A DNA stretch of 64,000 bases from assembly GCF_006345805.1 (NCBI RefSeq), contig NC_043004.1, positions 24,118,001 through 24,182,000 of the forward strand, written 5' to 3'. A program made the translations under genes and the position numbers. Positions within the stretch are counted from its first letter, which is position 1. The number at the start of each line of letters is the position of its first letter. The notes under the pieces are model-generated. The model was not told where the DNA came from and made no database searches. It worked only from the letters and a program-made list of their open reading frames with translations. The DNA is from Octopus sinensis. Lineage: Eukaryota. Below, piece by piece: positions 27,310-40,622 of the stretch.

Positions 27310-29081
27310 TTCATCTAAAGTTTAGGTGAAGTTATTCTCAACCATATTGCCCCTGGGGATCAATGTAAGATTTTGTTATTAAAATTGACTTGCAGTAAAT
27401 TGCTTATACTTCTATAGTACACAAAAAAATTTAACCAATTTTTATTACAATTCCTAATGATATTTGATTATAAAAATGTAATATGATTTTTTTTTTTTTT
27501 GCTAAAAGACTACAAGGGTCCATCCAAGTAAAATAGGAATCAAAGGGGGTTCTCAAGCAAAAAATGGTTGAGAGACACTGAAAACGGACGTTATGGTACA
27601 TGAAGCACAAAGTGTTACTCATAGGTCGGGAGAAGCCTAAGTCTTAATCACGCAGCGTGCCTGCTTCGATCTTTAAGCAGAGTAGAGAAGTCTGCCATAT
27701 ATCCGTCAGACGGGTGGAAATTTTCAGCTGGAATATATACAGCTTAAATTGTCCAGAAAACAGATATCAACTAGGCAGAGTTAGGAGCGATTATCTTAAA
27801 TTTTCTTTCGGTATTTACTTGTATCAGTCATTGAATTGAGATATTAAAGGAATTTTTTAGTCGACGACTCGAGTCGGTGCGTATTCTGGAACTTATTCTG
27901 TCGATTTTTTTTTTATCGAACCGCTGACATCGGTTTCAAGCGGCAACGGCGGGTAGAAGACACACGTCCTAGATGCCACACTGTGAATGAGAAACAAATG
28001 TCTTTCCACAGTGACGGTCTGTCTGAGCCTATATGTGAGGTTTATGGTGAGAGAAGATATAAAGAGGAGCAGGTGCAAATATGACGTGCTTGATTCTAAA
28101 CCAGACACCCTACTTGCAAATAGGGAAGACGTTTTTGTTAGAAAACAGGACCAGATAAAAGGGAATACTTTTCCTGTCATTGTTGTTTAACTATTTGTCT
28201 GCTGTGATCGAGATAACGAGACTACTCTGCCATAATTTTCTCAGATATATTTACATGTCTACATTACGTACACATGTTTCCAAGTCAACTTTGCTTTCTT
28301 TCTTTACGATGATAGAATGTGATTGGAGGAAGATTTAACCGTTATTCCTTACTGCTACAACGATATTAGAGACAGAAAAATAAAAGCGTGGGCTGATTAG
28401 GTAGGTAGGAAAATGGTATGTCGTATATTTGACGAAAATATATGAAAGTGGCATGTCGTATATTTGAGGAAAATACATCAATTTTTCTCTGATAATGTCA
28501 TATTGGTCAATAGTTAAATAATATTTTTGAGTGATTGCTTTTATTTAATGAAAGATATTGTAGAAGTAACATTTATCTTACAAATATCTACACCTACGTG
28601 TACACATGCCCACGTGTACACAACTATGAAAACACACACCAACACTCAGGTAGAAACGTTTATATGTCCACACCTACAGGCACAACCACACATCCACATA
28701 CATGCACATACATGTTCACACCTAAATACAAACATACAAACACTCACGTGGACAAGGTGATTTATATGCGTCAACATATAGACACATTCATATACATACA
28801 TACATACATCATACAGAACATCTGCATACACAAGTCACAAGGCACATGTACACTTATACAAAAACGCCCACATAAGTATAAATACGTATAACTCCCACAT
28901 ACACACACCAGTACGCACACGCACACATGCACGCATGCACACGCACACACATGCACACACACACACGCGCGCGCGCGTACACATTCATATGTAATCCTCC
29001 CTTGCAGCTGCGTTCGAATTCATATATATACATACAAATATATGTGTGTATGTGTGTGTGAATGTGTGTGTGTATGTATGC

Positions 29082-29137
<56 letters not shown>

Positions 29138-29534
29138 CATGCATGTATACATATGCATAAATCTATATATGTCTGTATATATAATTATATGTATCTATGT
29201 GTATACACATACACGCACACACACATATATGATATTCTAACGCGGTTGACCTTGACACAAATAATTTTGCTCTTTACCTTGCTACTGAACGAATGCTTGG
29301 TTCTTCAACATTATCAACACCCTCACCATCATCATTATCAACGCAGTCGTCTTCATCATCGCTGCCACCGTTAACATAGCTATAACATTGTTTTATATCA
29401 CTCGCAAATTACTATACTTATGTTACAAAAATACCAGATTAGATTTTGGTAAATATGAGTGCTAGAAAATTGGCGGGGTTTACAGAAAAAATTCTTACAA
29501 ATGATTATATTGAGTTGAAATTTTGACACAACGC

Positions 29535-29720
29535 CAACAATCTCGGGAAGGGGGCTAGTCGATTACATCGACCTCAGTAGTAAACTGGTATGTATTTTAT
29601 CCACCCCGAAAGAACGTAAAGCAAAGTTGACCCCGGCGGTGTTTGGAGTCAGTATATAAAGACGAACGAAATACGTCTATGAATTTTGTCCGCCGTGCTA
29701 ACGATTCTGCCATCTCACCA
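29535..29720 (-). mobile_element. SINE family A, degenerate
   Basis: gtcgattacatcgac...ccccgaaag...aaagttgaccccggcgg...gtgctaacgattctgcca. Confidence 0.8.
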
Positions 29721-29948
29721 CTCTGGTAGATATGATACCAGCAGAAACATCTAGTTTTGGTTTCTATGGAATTCTTCCAGCGAAGAGTTTTGTACAAAAT
29801 TCAATACTTTATTTTATCTGTCGTTTTTGCTGATTCACTAATTTCTGGGGACATAAACAAACCAATACCGGTTTGTCTATCTTCTCGTAAAATAAACACA
29901 GGGACAAAGACATATACATGCATAGATACATGCATACATTTACACACA

Positions 29949-29995
<47 letters not shown>

Positions 29996-30095
29996 CAACT
30001 AATCAATATAAGGGTAGCAAAAAATTCAAGAAAAATTTTTCGCCACCAGCGGTCTAGTGAGAAAGAGAAATAGTCACAGATTATATATATATAAT

Positions 30096-30336
30096 TTCAA
30101 CAATATTAAGGAATGGCCCTGATAGGCCATTCGACCCACTAGAAAAAGCAGCCAACTCAAACCGCTAAATAGTTGTAATTCTGAAACCAAGGGAGAAATA
30201 AAAACATTTACCCTTATCGGTAAATGTTTTTATTTCTCCCTTGGTTTCAGAATTACAACTATTTAGCGGTTTGAGTTTGGCTGCTTTTTCTAGTGGGTCG
30301 AATGGCCTATCAGGGCCATTCCTTAATATTGTTGAA
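30096..30336. repeat. Near-perfect palindrome: arms 30096-30212 and 30219-30336, 6-nt loop
   Basis: Arms differ by one extra T by manual alignment; flanked by (TA)n; carries the TAGAAAAAGCAGCCAA motif and an internal GAATGGCC/GGCCATTC hairpin. Confidence 0.95.
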
Positions 30337-30388
30337 TATATATATATACATACACATACATATATACATACATGCATAAACATGTATA

Positions 30389-30495
30389 TGGCCCAGGGCT
30401 ATTGTACAAGACACTTGTCCAAGATGCCGCGCAGTGTGACTAAACCCAAGACCGCATGTTTAGGAGACATGCTTCTTAACTACACAGCCACGCCT
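30389..30495 (-). mobile_element. 5' fragment of composite SINE
   Basis: ggccc.gggcta..aagacacttgtccaag.tgcc.cgcagt...cttaactacacagccac matches 21980-22083. Confidence 0.75.
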
Positions 30496-31885
30496 GAGTC
30501 ACCGAAATAACTGAAATAGCAGTTAAGTGTTCTTGACATCACAATCAAGTATCCTATCTTTAAAAACATAAATGAAATAAAAATCGAGGAAGAATTGAAT
30601 AAATCATTCCGATTTACAAAGGTTAAACACCTGAGATTGTCAAATATTGAATGCCTTTGATAATAAATGGAATAACATACAACGAAATAATAAACGGCAG
30701 CATCTACAAAACTTCATGCTTCAGCAGTAACCCTACAATTGCGCCCTCGAGATTTTCCCACAGCAGTTTTAGAATTCAGGGATGTAAGAAACCGTTGTAG
30801 GCGCTGATGATTCTGTCATCTTTATTGTTGGTGGCATTGTCGTTGTTGATGCTGCTACTTCTCCTGTTGATGATGATGATGATGATATTGTTGTCATTGC
30901 ATTTGAGTGTTTTGTTGATTTTGTAGTTGTTGTTGCTGTTAGCGTTATTGCTGTTGTTTTATTCTTGATCTTGTTCTTCTTGTTATTACTGTTCATGCTG
31001 TTCTTGTGGCTATTGTTGTTGCTGCTATTCATAATTCCACCGTTATTGAGATTTTATTGATGTTGATAATGTTACACTTGTTGTTGGTGTTTTTGTTGCT
31101 GTTGTTATTGTTGTTGTTATTGCAGTTGTGCTGCTGTCGTTGTTGACATGGTTGATATTCTTGTTTTTGAATATCATCGTCGTGTTGTTATTGTTGTTGA
31201 TTATGTGTTGTTTCTGACGTGTTTGTGGGTATAGTTGTAGCCAAATGTATCTCGATATATCAAACATGAAATCATAACCAATCATACCTTTTCACTCGCA
31301 TTGTCTATCTTGGACTTTAACAGTCAATGTGTTGCTACCTCAAATTTACAAATTTGAGGTACTATATCCTGTTTTTCCTAATAGTCCCAACGAACACTTG
31401 GTGGCCTCTCGTCAGGTGGTCTACATGTTATTAGTGACGTGGTTGTTCAGCCCTGATCCGGGGTTGATCCGATGAAGAAAAGAGAACGCAATATGTTGAA
31501 TATAAAAGTAACTTCAGGTTTCTATCGTGGTTAAATTTTGACGGCATAGCGATCGTCAGGCTGGTTTCATTAAGACTGTATTTTTGCTATCACATACATT
31601 ACCTACAGCACAATTGACAACACTACGTTCCCATCTCTTCTTACAGTTTGAGGAAGAGAACGATCAAGAGAGATCCCAAAAGTAACAAGCAGAGCAATGC
31701 TTTATTGTCAAAATCACTGAATTGAAAAACCTCGAAAATCCGTATTTCTTTTGGGCCTTATGAGGTCAGTAACAGAAAGTCCTACCAGACAAAATACGAC
31801 AAGCAAAAATTCTATCCTAACATTCGTCTTCTTGCATCTATATTTGAAATCAATATGACGGAGGAATTGTGTAATATACATATAC

Positions 31886-31949
<64 letters not shown>

Positions 31950-31992
31950 GGATGTAGGTATGTATGTATGCATACATATATACATACAAATG

Positions 31993-32035
<43 letters not shown>

Positions 32036-32069
32036 GCACATACACACAAATACACACCCAAACATAGAT

Positions 32070-32136
<67 letters not shown>

Positions 32137-32146
32137 TATATATATA

Positions 32147-32342
32147 GATGAAATTTCAGAAAAATCAAAAGACCAAGACAGATGTATAAACAACAAACAG
32201 GTATATTAGTTTGATGCTCGGGAAAGTGAGAAAGTCTTTTACGTTTCGAGCGTAAACTCTTCAACAGAAAGGAACACGATGAAATAAACAGAGAGAGAAT
32301 AAAGATAAAACAGTTGTGGAGTTAGCGGCCAATCATAGTGGC
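32147..32342 (-). mobile_element. Penelope-like terminal fragment with hammerhead-like motif at 32236-32271
   Basis: Minus strand: CTTT-CTGTTGA-A-GAG tttacg CTC-GAAAC-GTA-AAAG. Homologous to 25962-26150 and 61135-61330; between microsatellites. Confidence 0.6.
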
Positions 32343-32352
32343 ACACACACAA

Positions 32353-32387
<35 letters not shown>

Positions 32388-32881
32388 ACACACACACACA
32401 CACACACACACACATACCTATGTATATGGTTCAAATTTTACAAAAAAAAAAGCAAGAAAAAAACAATGACAGTGACAGGTGAGAGAATAAGAAACATGGT
32501 GTATTATTCTAGGCACAAGTCGAGCAGTTGCTTCAGTTAGCATTTCCTGAGAATACAGGCTAACAACGTCCGTTTAAGTAGGCGTTTTCCTTGCAGAAAA
32601 TTAGTTCCACATAAAACTGAAATTCCGAGTAGACTATATAAGCTGCGGAGTGCAATATATTAGGGACAATAATAGTATTACATTTGTTCCTCCATTACGA
32701 TTGTTTCAACAATACATGGTTGGATATAAATGACTATGTAAAGCTACAGTATGATATACGTCGTATTTTCCAATATTATACAATTATTTATACTCATGAT
32801 ACGTATGAATCATAAATTGATGAGGCGAGAGTAACGGATGAGAAATGCAATACAGACATCTCTAATCTTGGGCTTACTTCA

Positions 32882-32959
<78 letters not shown>

Positions 32960-33398
32960 GGAGAGAGAGATAGTTATAGACTTACAAGTATGTATGTACG
33001 TTTGCGTGTAGTGAGTTTTCAGTTCTCTATGGGAAATGTCTCAATATATGTTTATTATGCCCCCATATATCTCATATACATATATTACTTCTTGTTTCAG
33101 TCACTGGACTTCGGCCATCTTGGGGCACAGCCTTGAAGGTTTCAGTCGAACAAATTGATACTAGAACCTGTACTCACGTATATAAGTATGTGTACATATG
33201 CATGTGTATATATGTACACACGCATACACATATACATATATGTGTGTGTGTGCATGTGTATGAGTTTAGATGTACATGTATATGTATATATATATATATA
33301 TATACATGCATATATATATATATGTATGTATATACATGTATATATATATACACACACACATATATATATACATACATACATATATATTTATTTGTATA

Positions 33399-33962
33399 TT
33401 GGGTTGTCCGGAAAGTTCGTGCCGATTTATAGTAGCTTATATTTCGACTCATTTTAGAACATGGTTGAGTCCATAAAATAGGATTTGCCTACACCTCTAT
33501 TTAAAGCACTGTTTAAGCTATCTTTTCGTGGAAGAAGGTCTATATTCCTATAACCTGTGTTAATTCTGTTACCCTTTAAAATGAAAGATAAGCAAGTTTA
33601 TTTTCGGCACTTGATGCTTTGCGAACCAGACAAAAATTGCTGCAGCTCAGCTGGGATGTGTTACCGCACCCTCCATATTCACCAGATATTGCTCCTTCAG
33701 ATTTCCACTTATTCAGGTCTGCAGAATAGTGTTAATGGTACAAATTTCAATTCCTTTAATGACATAAAAAGATACCCTGATGAATTGTTTGCCATGAAAG
33801 CACTTCAATTCTAGGAAGAAGGTATTTTCAAGTTCAAGGAAAGATAGAGACGCAATGTGCAACGAAATGATTCATATTTGGTTGATTAAAAATGTAATGG
33901 CAAGTATTTATTGACCATTTTCTTTCCTTTAAAATTCGGCACGAACTTTCCGAACAACCCAA
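33399..33962 (+). mobile_element. Internally deleted mariner element, 564 bp
   Basis: TIRs ttgggttgtccggaaagttcgtgccgattt (33399) and ttcggcacgaactttccgaacaacccaa (to 33962), TA on both sides. Residual MKDKQVYFRHLMLCE N-terminus and a shifted-frame PPYSPDIAPSDFHLFRS-type C-terminal motif. Confidence 0.92.
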
Positions 33963-34270
33963 TATATACATACATATATATTTATTTATACATATACATT
34001 CATACATATATATATATATATATATATGTAAAATAAAGAAAGAAGTACTGAGATGGGGAGAGAATGTCAATGAGAAACCAACAGACATAGTGAGAGAAAG
34101 GTGTTGTTGCTACACGTACTATTTAAGTTACTGTAGAATGAGGTAAAGACCAGTACCAGAACGAGTAAGGTATAAGGGTAAATTAGATGAGTGTAATCTA
34201 CAGGTAACAAGAATCGTCAAATTGTTTTGTAAGGAATCCTGCAAATATGGAAGCGAAGATGAAAATAACA

Positions 34271-34504
34271 TCTTTTATTCTTTTCAGTCATTTATCTGTA
34301 GCCATACTGGAGCACCACCTTGAAATGCTTCAGCGGAACAAATCGAACCCAGGATATATGTTTAAAGCGTGATACTTATTCTATCAGGCTCTTTTGTTGA
34401 ACTGCTACGTTACGGGAAGTAAATACAGCAATACTGATTGTCAAGCGGTGGGGGGGGGATACAAACACAGATACAAAGACACACACACACACACACACAC
34501 ACAC

Positions 34505-34543
<39 letters not shown>

Positions 34544-34750
34544 TTATTTATATATATATATATATTTATATATATGTATTTATGTTTGAATATATGTATA
34601 TATACGTGTATATATGTATTTATGTATGAATATATGAATATGTGAATATATATGTATATATAATTTTTATTGTATATATGCATATATATATATATATATA
34701 TATATGCATATATATATGTATATATATTTATATGCATATATATATGTATG

Positions 34751-34812
<62 letters not shown>

Positions 34813-34947
34813 TATATATGAATATGCATATATATATTTATATATAATGTATATGTGTATATATATGTATGTATATGTATATATATATATATGTATATAT
34901 ATATTGTGTATATATGCCTGTATATGTATATATGTGTATATACACAC

Positions 34948-34990
<43 letters not shown>

Positions 34991-35138
34991 GAGCTTTTTT
35001 CAGTTTACGTCTACCAAATCCACTCACAAGGCTTTTTTCGGCCCGAGGCTATAGTAGAAGACACTTGTTCAAGGGACCGCACATTGGGATTGAAACCGGA
35101 GCTATGTAGCTGGCAAGCAAGCTGCTTACCACACAGCC
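34271..35138 (-). mobile_element. Composite SINE with internal microsatellite expanded to about 500 bp
   Basis: 3' half 34271-34480 and 5' half 34988-35138 are collinear with 21657-22083. Confidence 0.85.
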
Positions 35139-36597
35139 TAGCCTCGCTTGTGACTTATATTTATAGATGGAGAACAGAAAACGAAGATTGTTTCATGAGT
35201 AAGACGTTGCACGGTAGTGAAAGTCAATAGTTTCACCACGCACTTTCAAGAAACTGATCTACAGCAAACAAACTTTCAAATGCTATAAGCAGTTATAGTG
35301 CTTATCAGCTGTTAAGCGGGTTCAGGTAACCGCACCAGTAACTATGTATAAAACGTGTTACTCGATTTGAAAATTATGGTGTTTAAACAGCAATCTTTTG
35401 GCAATCCCTTTCGTATATTAAACTTCTAATCAAATTTCGCAAAAATACAGTTAATTCATTAATTAAAAATTGCGTTTTCGTTTGGAGGAAGTAGGCCGGT
35501 GAGATTGAAGCGCTTAATCTTCCTCGTGATTTCAAATCTCATATATCATCACCCGCTGTTTCATTGATTCTATTAAGCGCAACTGACCCTTTGAGCAAAA
35601 ACATGTGTTTCACATTTGTCATTTCTGTTACAGGTTGATAACAGAAGTATTTTGTGTCCGAATGAAAAAAATCATGATGATGATATGATGATGACGATGA
35701 TGACGATAATAATGATACCAATGTTTGTATGATAATAGTATGTTAGTAGTAATAGTAGTAGTAGTAGTAGTAGTAATTAGTTTTAGTAGTAGTAGTGGTA
35801 GTAGTAGTAGTAATTAGTTGTAGTAGTACCAGTGGTAGTAGTACTACTACAACTACTACAACTACTACCACTAGTAGTAGTAGTAGTAGTAGTAGTAGTA
35901 TAGTAGTAGTAACTTCAATCAGCAAGAGTTGTGTTAATCGCAGTACTGAACAAAAACAGGCGTGCTAACAATGGTGAATAGATAACAAAATACAGATTGT
36001 AAATAGCCGAGATTACAACAACAACAACAACAGTAGTAGTAGTAGTAGTAGTGGGTAGCAGTGGTGGTGGTGGTGGTGATGATTGTGGTGGTGGTGGTGG
36101 TGGGTGGTGGTGATACTAGTGGAAGTGCCGGTGGTGGTGGTGGTGGTGGTGATGGTATCATTCTTGTGAATTTATCAACTGTAGTCAAAATTGACGCGAA
36201 CGATATTGCAATATAACTTGGCAAATATTTATGAAGAGCAGTGGCAGCAGCACCAGCAGCAGCAGCAACAGTATCTATGATAATAACAGTAGATGTGACA
36301 GTGACGGCGGTATTAGTTTCTTAATTCTTCTAGCAGTAACTCCTACCCCTACCCCGTAACTGCTAAAGTAGTCTTGTTAGCTGCTCTTTACATTACAAAA
36401 TCAAATTTTCCAGGCAATACAGACCTGCCTATCGCTTCAGCAAAAACAACAACAGAACCTATTGTCCATGGTTTGCACCTAATTGTGCAATGGAGGATCA
36501 GAGATTTTCTAAGTCTAAATCACAGCATCATACACAAAAGTAAAAGTTCACGTTTTATCCTCTCACCCTTACCTCTCCTTTAAGAAAACAGAACATG

Positions 36598-36668
<71 letters not shown>

Positions 36669-36670
36669 TA

Positions 36671-36877
36671 ATTCTTTCTACTATAGGCATGAGGCCTGAA
36701 ACTTTGGAGGAGGGGTTAAGTCGATTACATCGACACCGGTACTCAACTGGTACTTAATAATATCGACCCCGAAAAGATGAAAGGCAAGGTCGATCTCGGC
36801 GGAATTTGAACTCAGAACGTAAAGACGGACGAAATGCTGCTAAGCATTTCGCCCGGCGTGCTAACGATTCTGCCAGC
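36671..36877 (-). mobile_element. SINE family A within a (TAA)n tract
   Basis: Matches the body of 20262-20503; (TAA)n on both sides. Confidence 0.9.
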
Positions 36878-36914
<37 letters not shown>

Positions 36915-36915
<1 letters not shown>

Positions 36916-37130
36916 CCTTTCTACTATAGGCATAAGGGTTGAAATTTCGCGGGGAAGGAGCTAGTCGATTACTTCGACTCAACCGGGCTCAACAGGGCTC
37001 AACCGGGATTTTTTTTTTTTTGTCGAGCCCGAGAGGATGAAAGACAAAGTCGACCTCCGCGGAATTTGAACTCAGAATGAAAAGATTGGTGAAATTCCGC
37101 TAAGCATTTTGTCCGGCGTGCTAATATTCG
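36915..37130 (-). mobile_element. SINE family A, second tandem copy about 120 bp into the intron
   Basis: gaggatgaaagacaaagtcgacctccgcggaatttgaactcag...cggcgtgctaa. Confidence 0.85.
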
Positions 37131-37246
37131 AACTTCATACTTTTCTTCCATGTTTCTTTCGATGAAGTTATGTTTAATTTGCAAAACTATGAAACTGCAT
37201 AAAATTTCTGGACAGTCGACTGAATGATAGAAAAATCTTATGACAT

Positions 37247-37252
37247 ACTTAC
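37247..37252 (-). promoter_or_regulatory. 5' splice donor GTAAGT, phase 1
   Basis: Plus-strand acttac at 37247-37252 is a perfect consensus donor where family similarity ends. Confidence 0.85.
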
Positions 37253-38030
37253 TTCTAGCCTCCAATGACGCTTTTATAAGATGCTCGGTGAAATCCTCGA
37301 TAGTGTCATAAACTTTTATATTCCAAACTTCTGTGTTATAGTAGGAATTCCAATTTTTAAATATGCCTTCTAAGGTGAAATAACAACGCGACATCCCTTT
37401 CGAATCGTCTTCATATTGTTCATACATCAAACCAATTTTCGTCCAATTAAAATGCAAACACATTCTCAAGAAAAACTCGCCGGCTTTATAAAACGTTCCA
37501 TGAACTCGTGTCAACAGCCCGTAGTTAGTCTTATTTCTGAAAGCATTTACCATTGCCCCAGCACTCAACACAGGAATTCCCCAGTAAGGGGAAAATCTGG
37601 CAATTGGTGCAATACTGTACTCACAAACGGGCCCAATGAATACATGGGCCAATTTACGCATGTCAATGGCGGCCAAGGGAGCCAAAATGTCGGAACATTG
37701 AGAATCATTATAGTAAAGTTCAATCCTATAATTTGGTAGCAGATTGTATCGATATTTGACAGATTCTACGGCATACTCCAGTGCTGGACGCGTCCTCGAA
37801 ATAGAATAAGAATACCAATTGTTCTCTGGCAAAATAACCGATATCCTCAAGATTTTTTCCGTGTTATTATTATCATTATTATCGTTGTTATTTTTGCTTT
37901 TGTTGAGATTAATATTACTTAAATTATTATTGTTATTATTATTATTATTATTGTTATTATTAACTTCTAATCCGTTTAAGAAACAAAGAGTATGAAACAA
38001 GGTAAAAAAAAATAAACACAAAGGTTTCAT
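37253..38030 (-). CDS. First coding exon of a natriuretic peptide receptor-like / receptor guanylyl cyclase gene (signal peptide plus N-terminal part of the ANF-receptor ligand-binding ectodomain)
   Basis: MKPLCLFFFTLFHTLCFLNG signal-like start; motifs LRISVILP, RPALEYAV, DSQCS, FIGPVCEYSIAPIARFSPYWGIPVLSAGA, LTRV, HFNW; ends ASLEAR + A followed by GTAAGT. An alternative in-frame ATG lies at 38075. Confidence 0.9.
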
Positions 38031-40232
38031 AATTAAATAAATATTCCGCTTCTTCGGCTGAAATGAAATGATCATTTCGGGTTTAGAAATAGAACAACCA
38101 CAGTAACATTTACAAACGATTCTAGTTTCCTTTCTGTTTTCTTTGTTTGTTTTTTTTTTTCGTTTCTTCTTTGTTTTGGATATAATCCTAGTTATGTGCT
38201 TCACTCGGTTGGGTACTCATTATTCAAAAATCTATAAAAATATCAAGTAACTACAATCAGTTACCGATTTTGAAGAATTTCCTTATGGAACGGGGTGAAG
38301 TATGGTGGAGAATGTTTAGAAATTAAATTTACACATACATGCATGTATACAGAAAACACGTATAAGCTTAGGTTTGCTGGATCTATCTCAACCTATCTTT
38401 CATATTTCACAAACAAACACACACACACACACACATATATAAATATGAGTGGGTGTATAAGGAAGTGAGAGGAGGTGTAGAATTAACTTCTTAGAGATAT
38501 ATTAATTTCGATGTATAATATAGAATGGAATATAAACATGTATATGTGTATGTATATATGTATGTATAAATATATAGAGAGCGAGCGAAAGAGAGAAAGA
38601 GAGAGAGATGGGGAAGAAGGAGAGAGAGAGGGAAGGAGAGAGGGGGGAGATAGAGAGTTAGCAAGAGAGAGAAGGGTGTGAAAATAGGTGTTTAGAACTT
38701 AGCCGTTGTGTATTTGGATGTTTACACCCTACGTACTCAAAGTGGAGAAATTAATTTATTTATAGTTTAGCAAAGCGATTTATCTAAAGTGTGACAAAGG
38801 AACTACCAATAACATATATTTGTGTAAATATTTGTACGTGTGTAAAAACATGTATGGATTCGTATCTAATTATACAAGTCCCTTTTTGTCTTCCTCGAAA
38901 GCTAATACCTGCATTCAGTTAGATATATTTTTTATAATAACCAGGTATATTTCTGCCTACGACTCGTGGGGCTGTTTGTGCACTTGTAAAACATTTTACT
39001 CAAAAACATGAAACTATATTAGCATGCTTACAATACCCTACAAAATACGATCACACGCACACACATTCACACACAAACAGACATGCATGCATACATACAC
39101 ACATAGGCACACACAGGTGCGCGCATTCGAGTCAATAAACGAAGAAGAAACAAAAACACGTGAAAGTAATCAGAATAACAAAATAAATGTGCAATGATAC
39201 CACGTCACCGTAACAAACGTAAACAATATCTGTATGTGAATGTATACATATATAAATATATATAAATACGTATATATGTGTGCGTGTGTGTGTGAGTGTG
39301 TCTTTGGAATGTATATGTGTGTATAAATAAAGCTACTGGCCTTGAGTTTAGTTACCAGTGAAGATTTGATACTGTGTCAGATCGGAAAAAAGCAAACACT
39401 TTACGGAACTTTCTAAGTGAGTAACACGAGGCCAGCCAGCGGAGCGTGGAGCAGCCGGCATGCACAGTAATAAACCATAATAGACAACATGCCACCACAG
39501 CTACTAGTACGGGCTGTACCAGTCACTACAGTAATAACAACAATAATAGCAGCAGCGATGTTTGCAGTTTCCAGTAATTATCCCCTTCATCAAAGAGAAT
39601 GAAATTAGTCCAACTAATTATCCATCGTCAACTTGAATGAAAGAAAATACTTCCATTTCTCTGCCGCCTGTTGCTGTGTCTTCCAACTTGCACCTTGCTT
39701 CATTTGTCTCTCACTCAAGCTTCTCACTCAATCTCTCTCTCTCTCTCTTACTTTAACTGTTTGTACACACACCCACTTCAATACTCATTCACTCTATCTC
39801 TGTCTCTTCCTCACACAGACACACACACATATATATATATATATATAGTCTCTTTCCCTCTTTCTCACACGCACACAGGCGTGTATTCTTTGTAGCACAC
39901 GCACACGCTCTTGTTCTCTCTCTCTCTATTCCCATCCCTCGGTCCCTCCTCTCTTCTTCCCAATTATCTATCTTCCTCTCCTTCCTCCCCTTCACTCTCG
40001 CCTCTCTCTCTCTCTCTCTCTATCCCTCCCCTTCTCTCTCTCTCTCATTTAATATCTGCCACTCTGTTCCGCTATCTTACCCCCTTATCTGTATAACTTT
40101 CAACTTACACACGAACGTATAACCACATATACACACATAAACACACCGCCGCACGCGCGCGCACTCATTTACGAAGACCATCACTCAAACTCATACGCAA
40201 ACACAAACATAAAATATTCACACACACGCACG

Positions 40233-40273
<41 letters not shown>

Positions 40274-40574
40274 GCATATACAAACACGCACGATAATCAC
40301 TCGCAAAGAAACACGCAACAGGCTAAATTGCACGCACGCAAATACGCACCTTACAGCATAACATAAACACACACACACACACACACATACACACAATCAA
40401 ACACGAATCGCATGCACACAATCTCTCATACACACATGCACGCATACATATAAATATACTCAATTCCACACATAATGTTTCTGCTGTTTCGTTTTATTAT
40501 CTTGTTTGTTTACAATCCAACTATCTTTAGCCTGTCCATGCCTCCATCAAACAACTCCACCCCGGTCGATCTCA

Positions 40575-40580
40575 TTCGAG

Positions 40581-40622
<42 letters not shown>

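Noticed and set aside
36999-37252. C-terminal 84 codons of the 401-aa ORF as a soluble receptor isoform
   Set aside because: They lie past a perfect donor and run into a SINE; I saw no nearby polyadenylation signal on the minus strand.
38076-38204. N-terminal extension MKHITRII... of the 401-aa ORF
   Set aside because: It begins at GTG and is low-complexity and Lys-rich; most likely 5' UTR.
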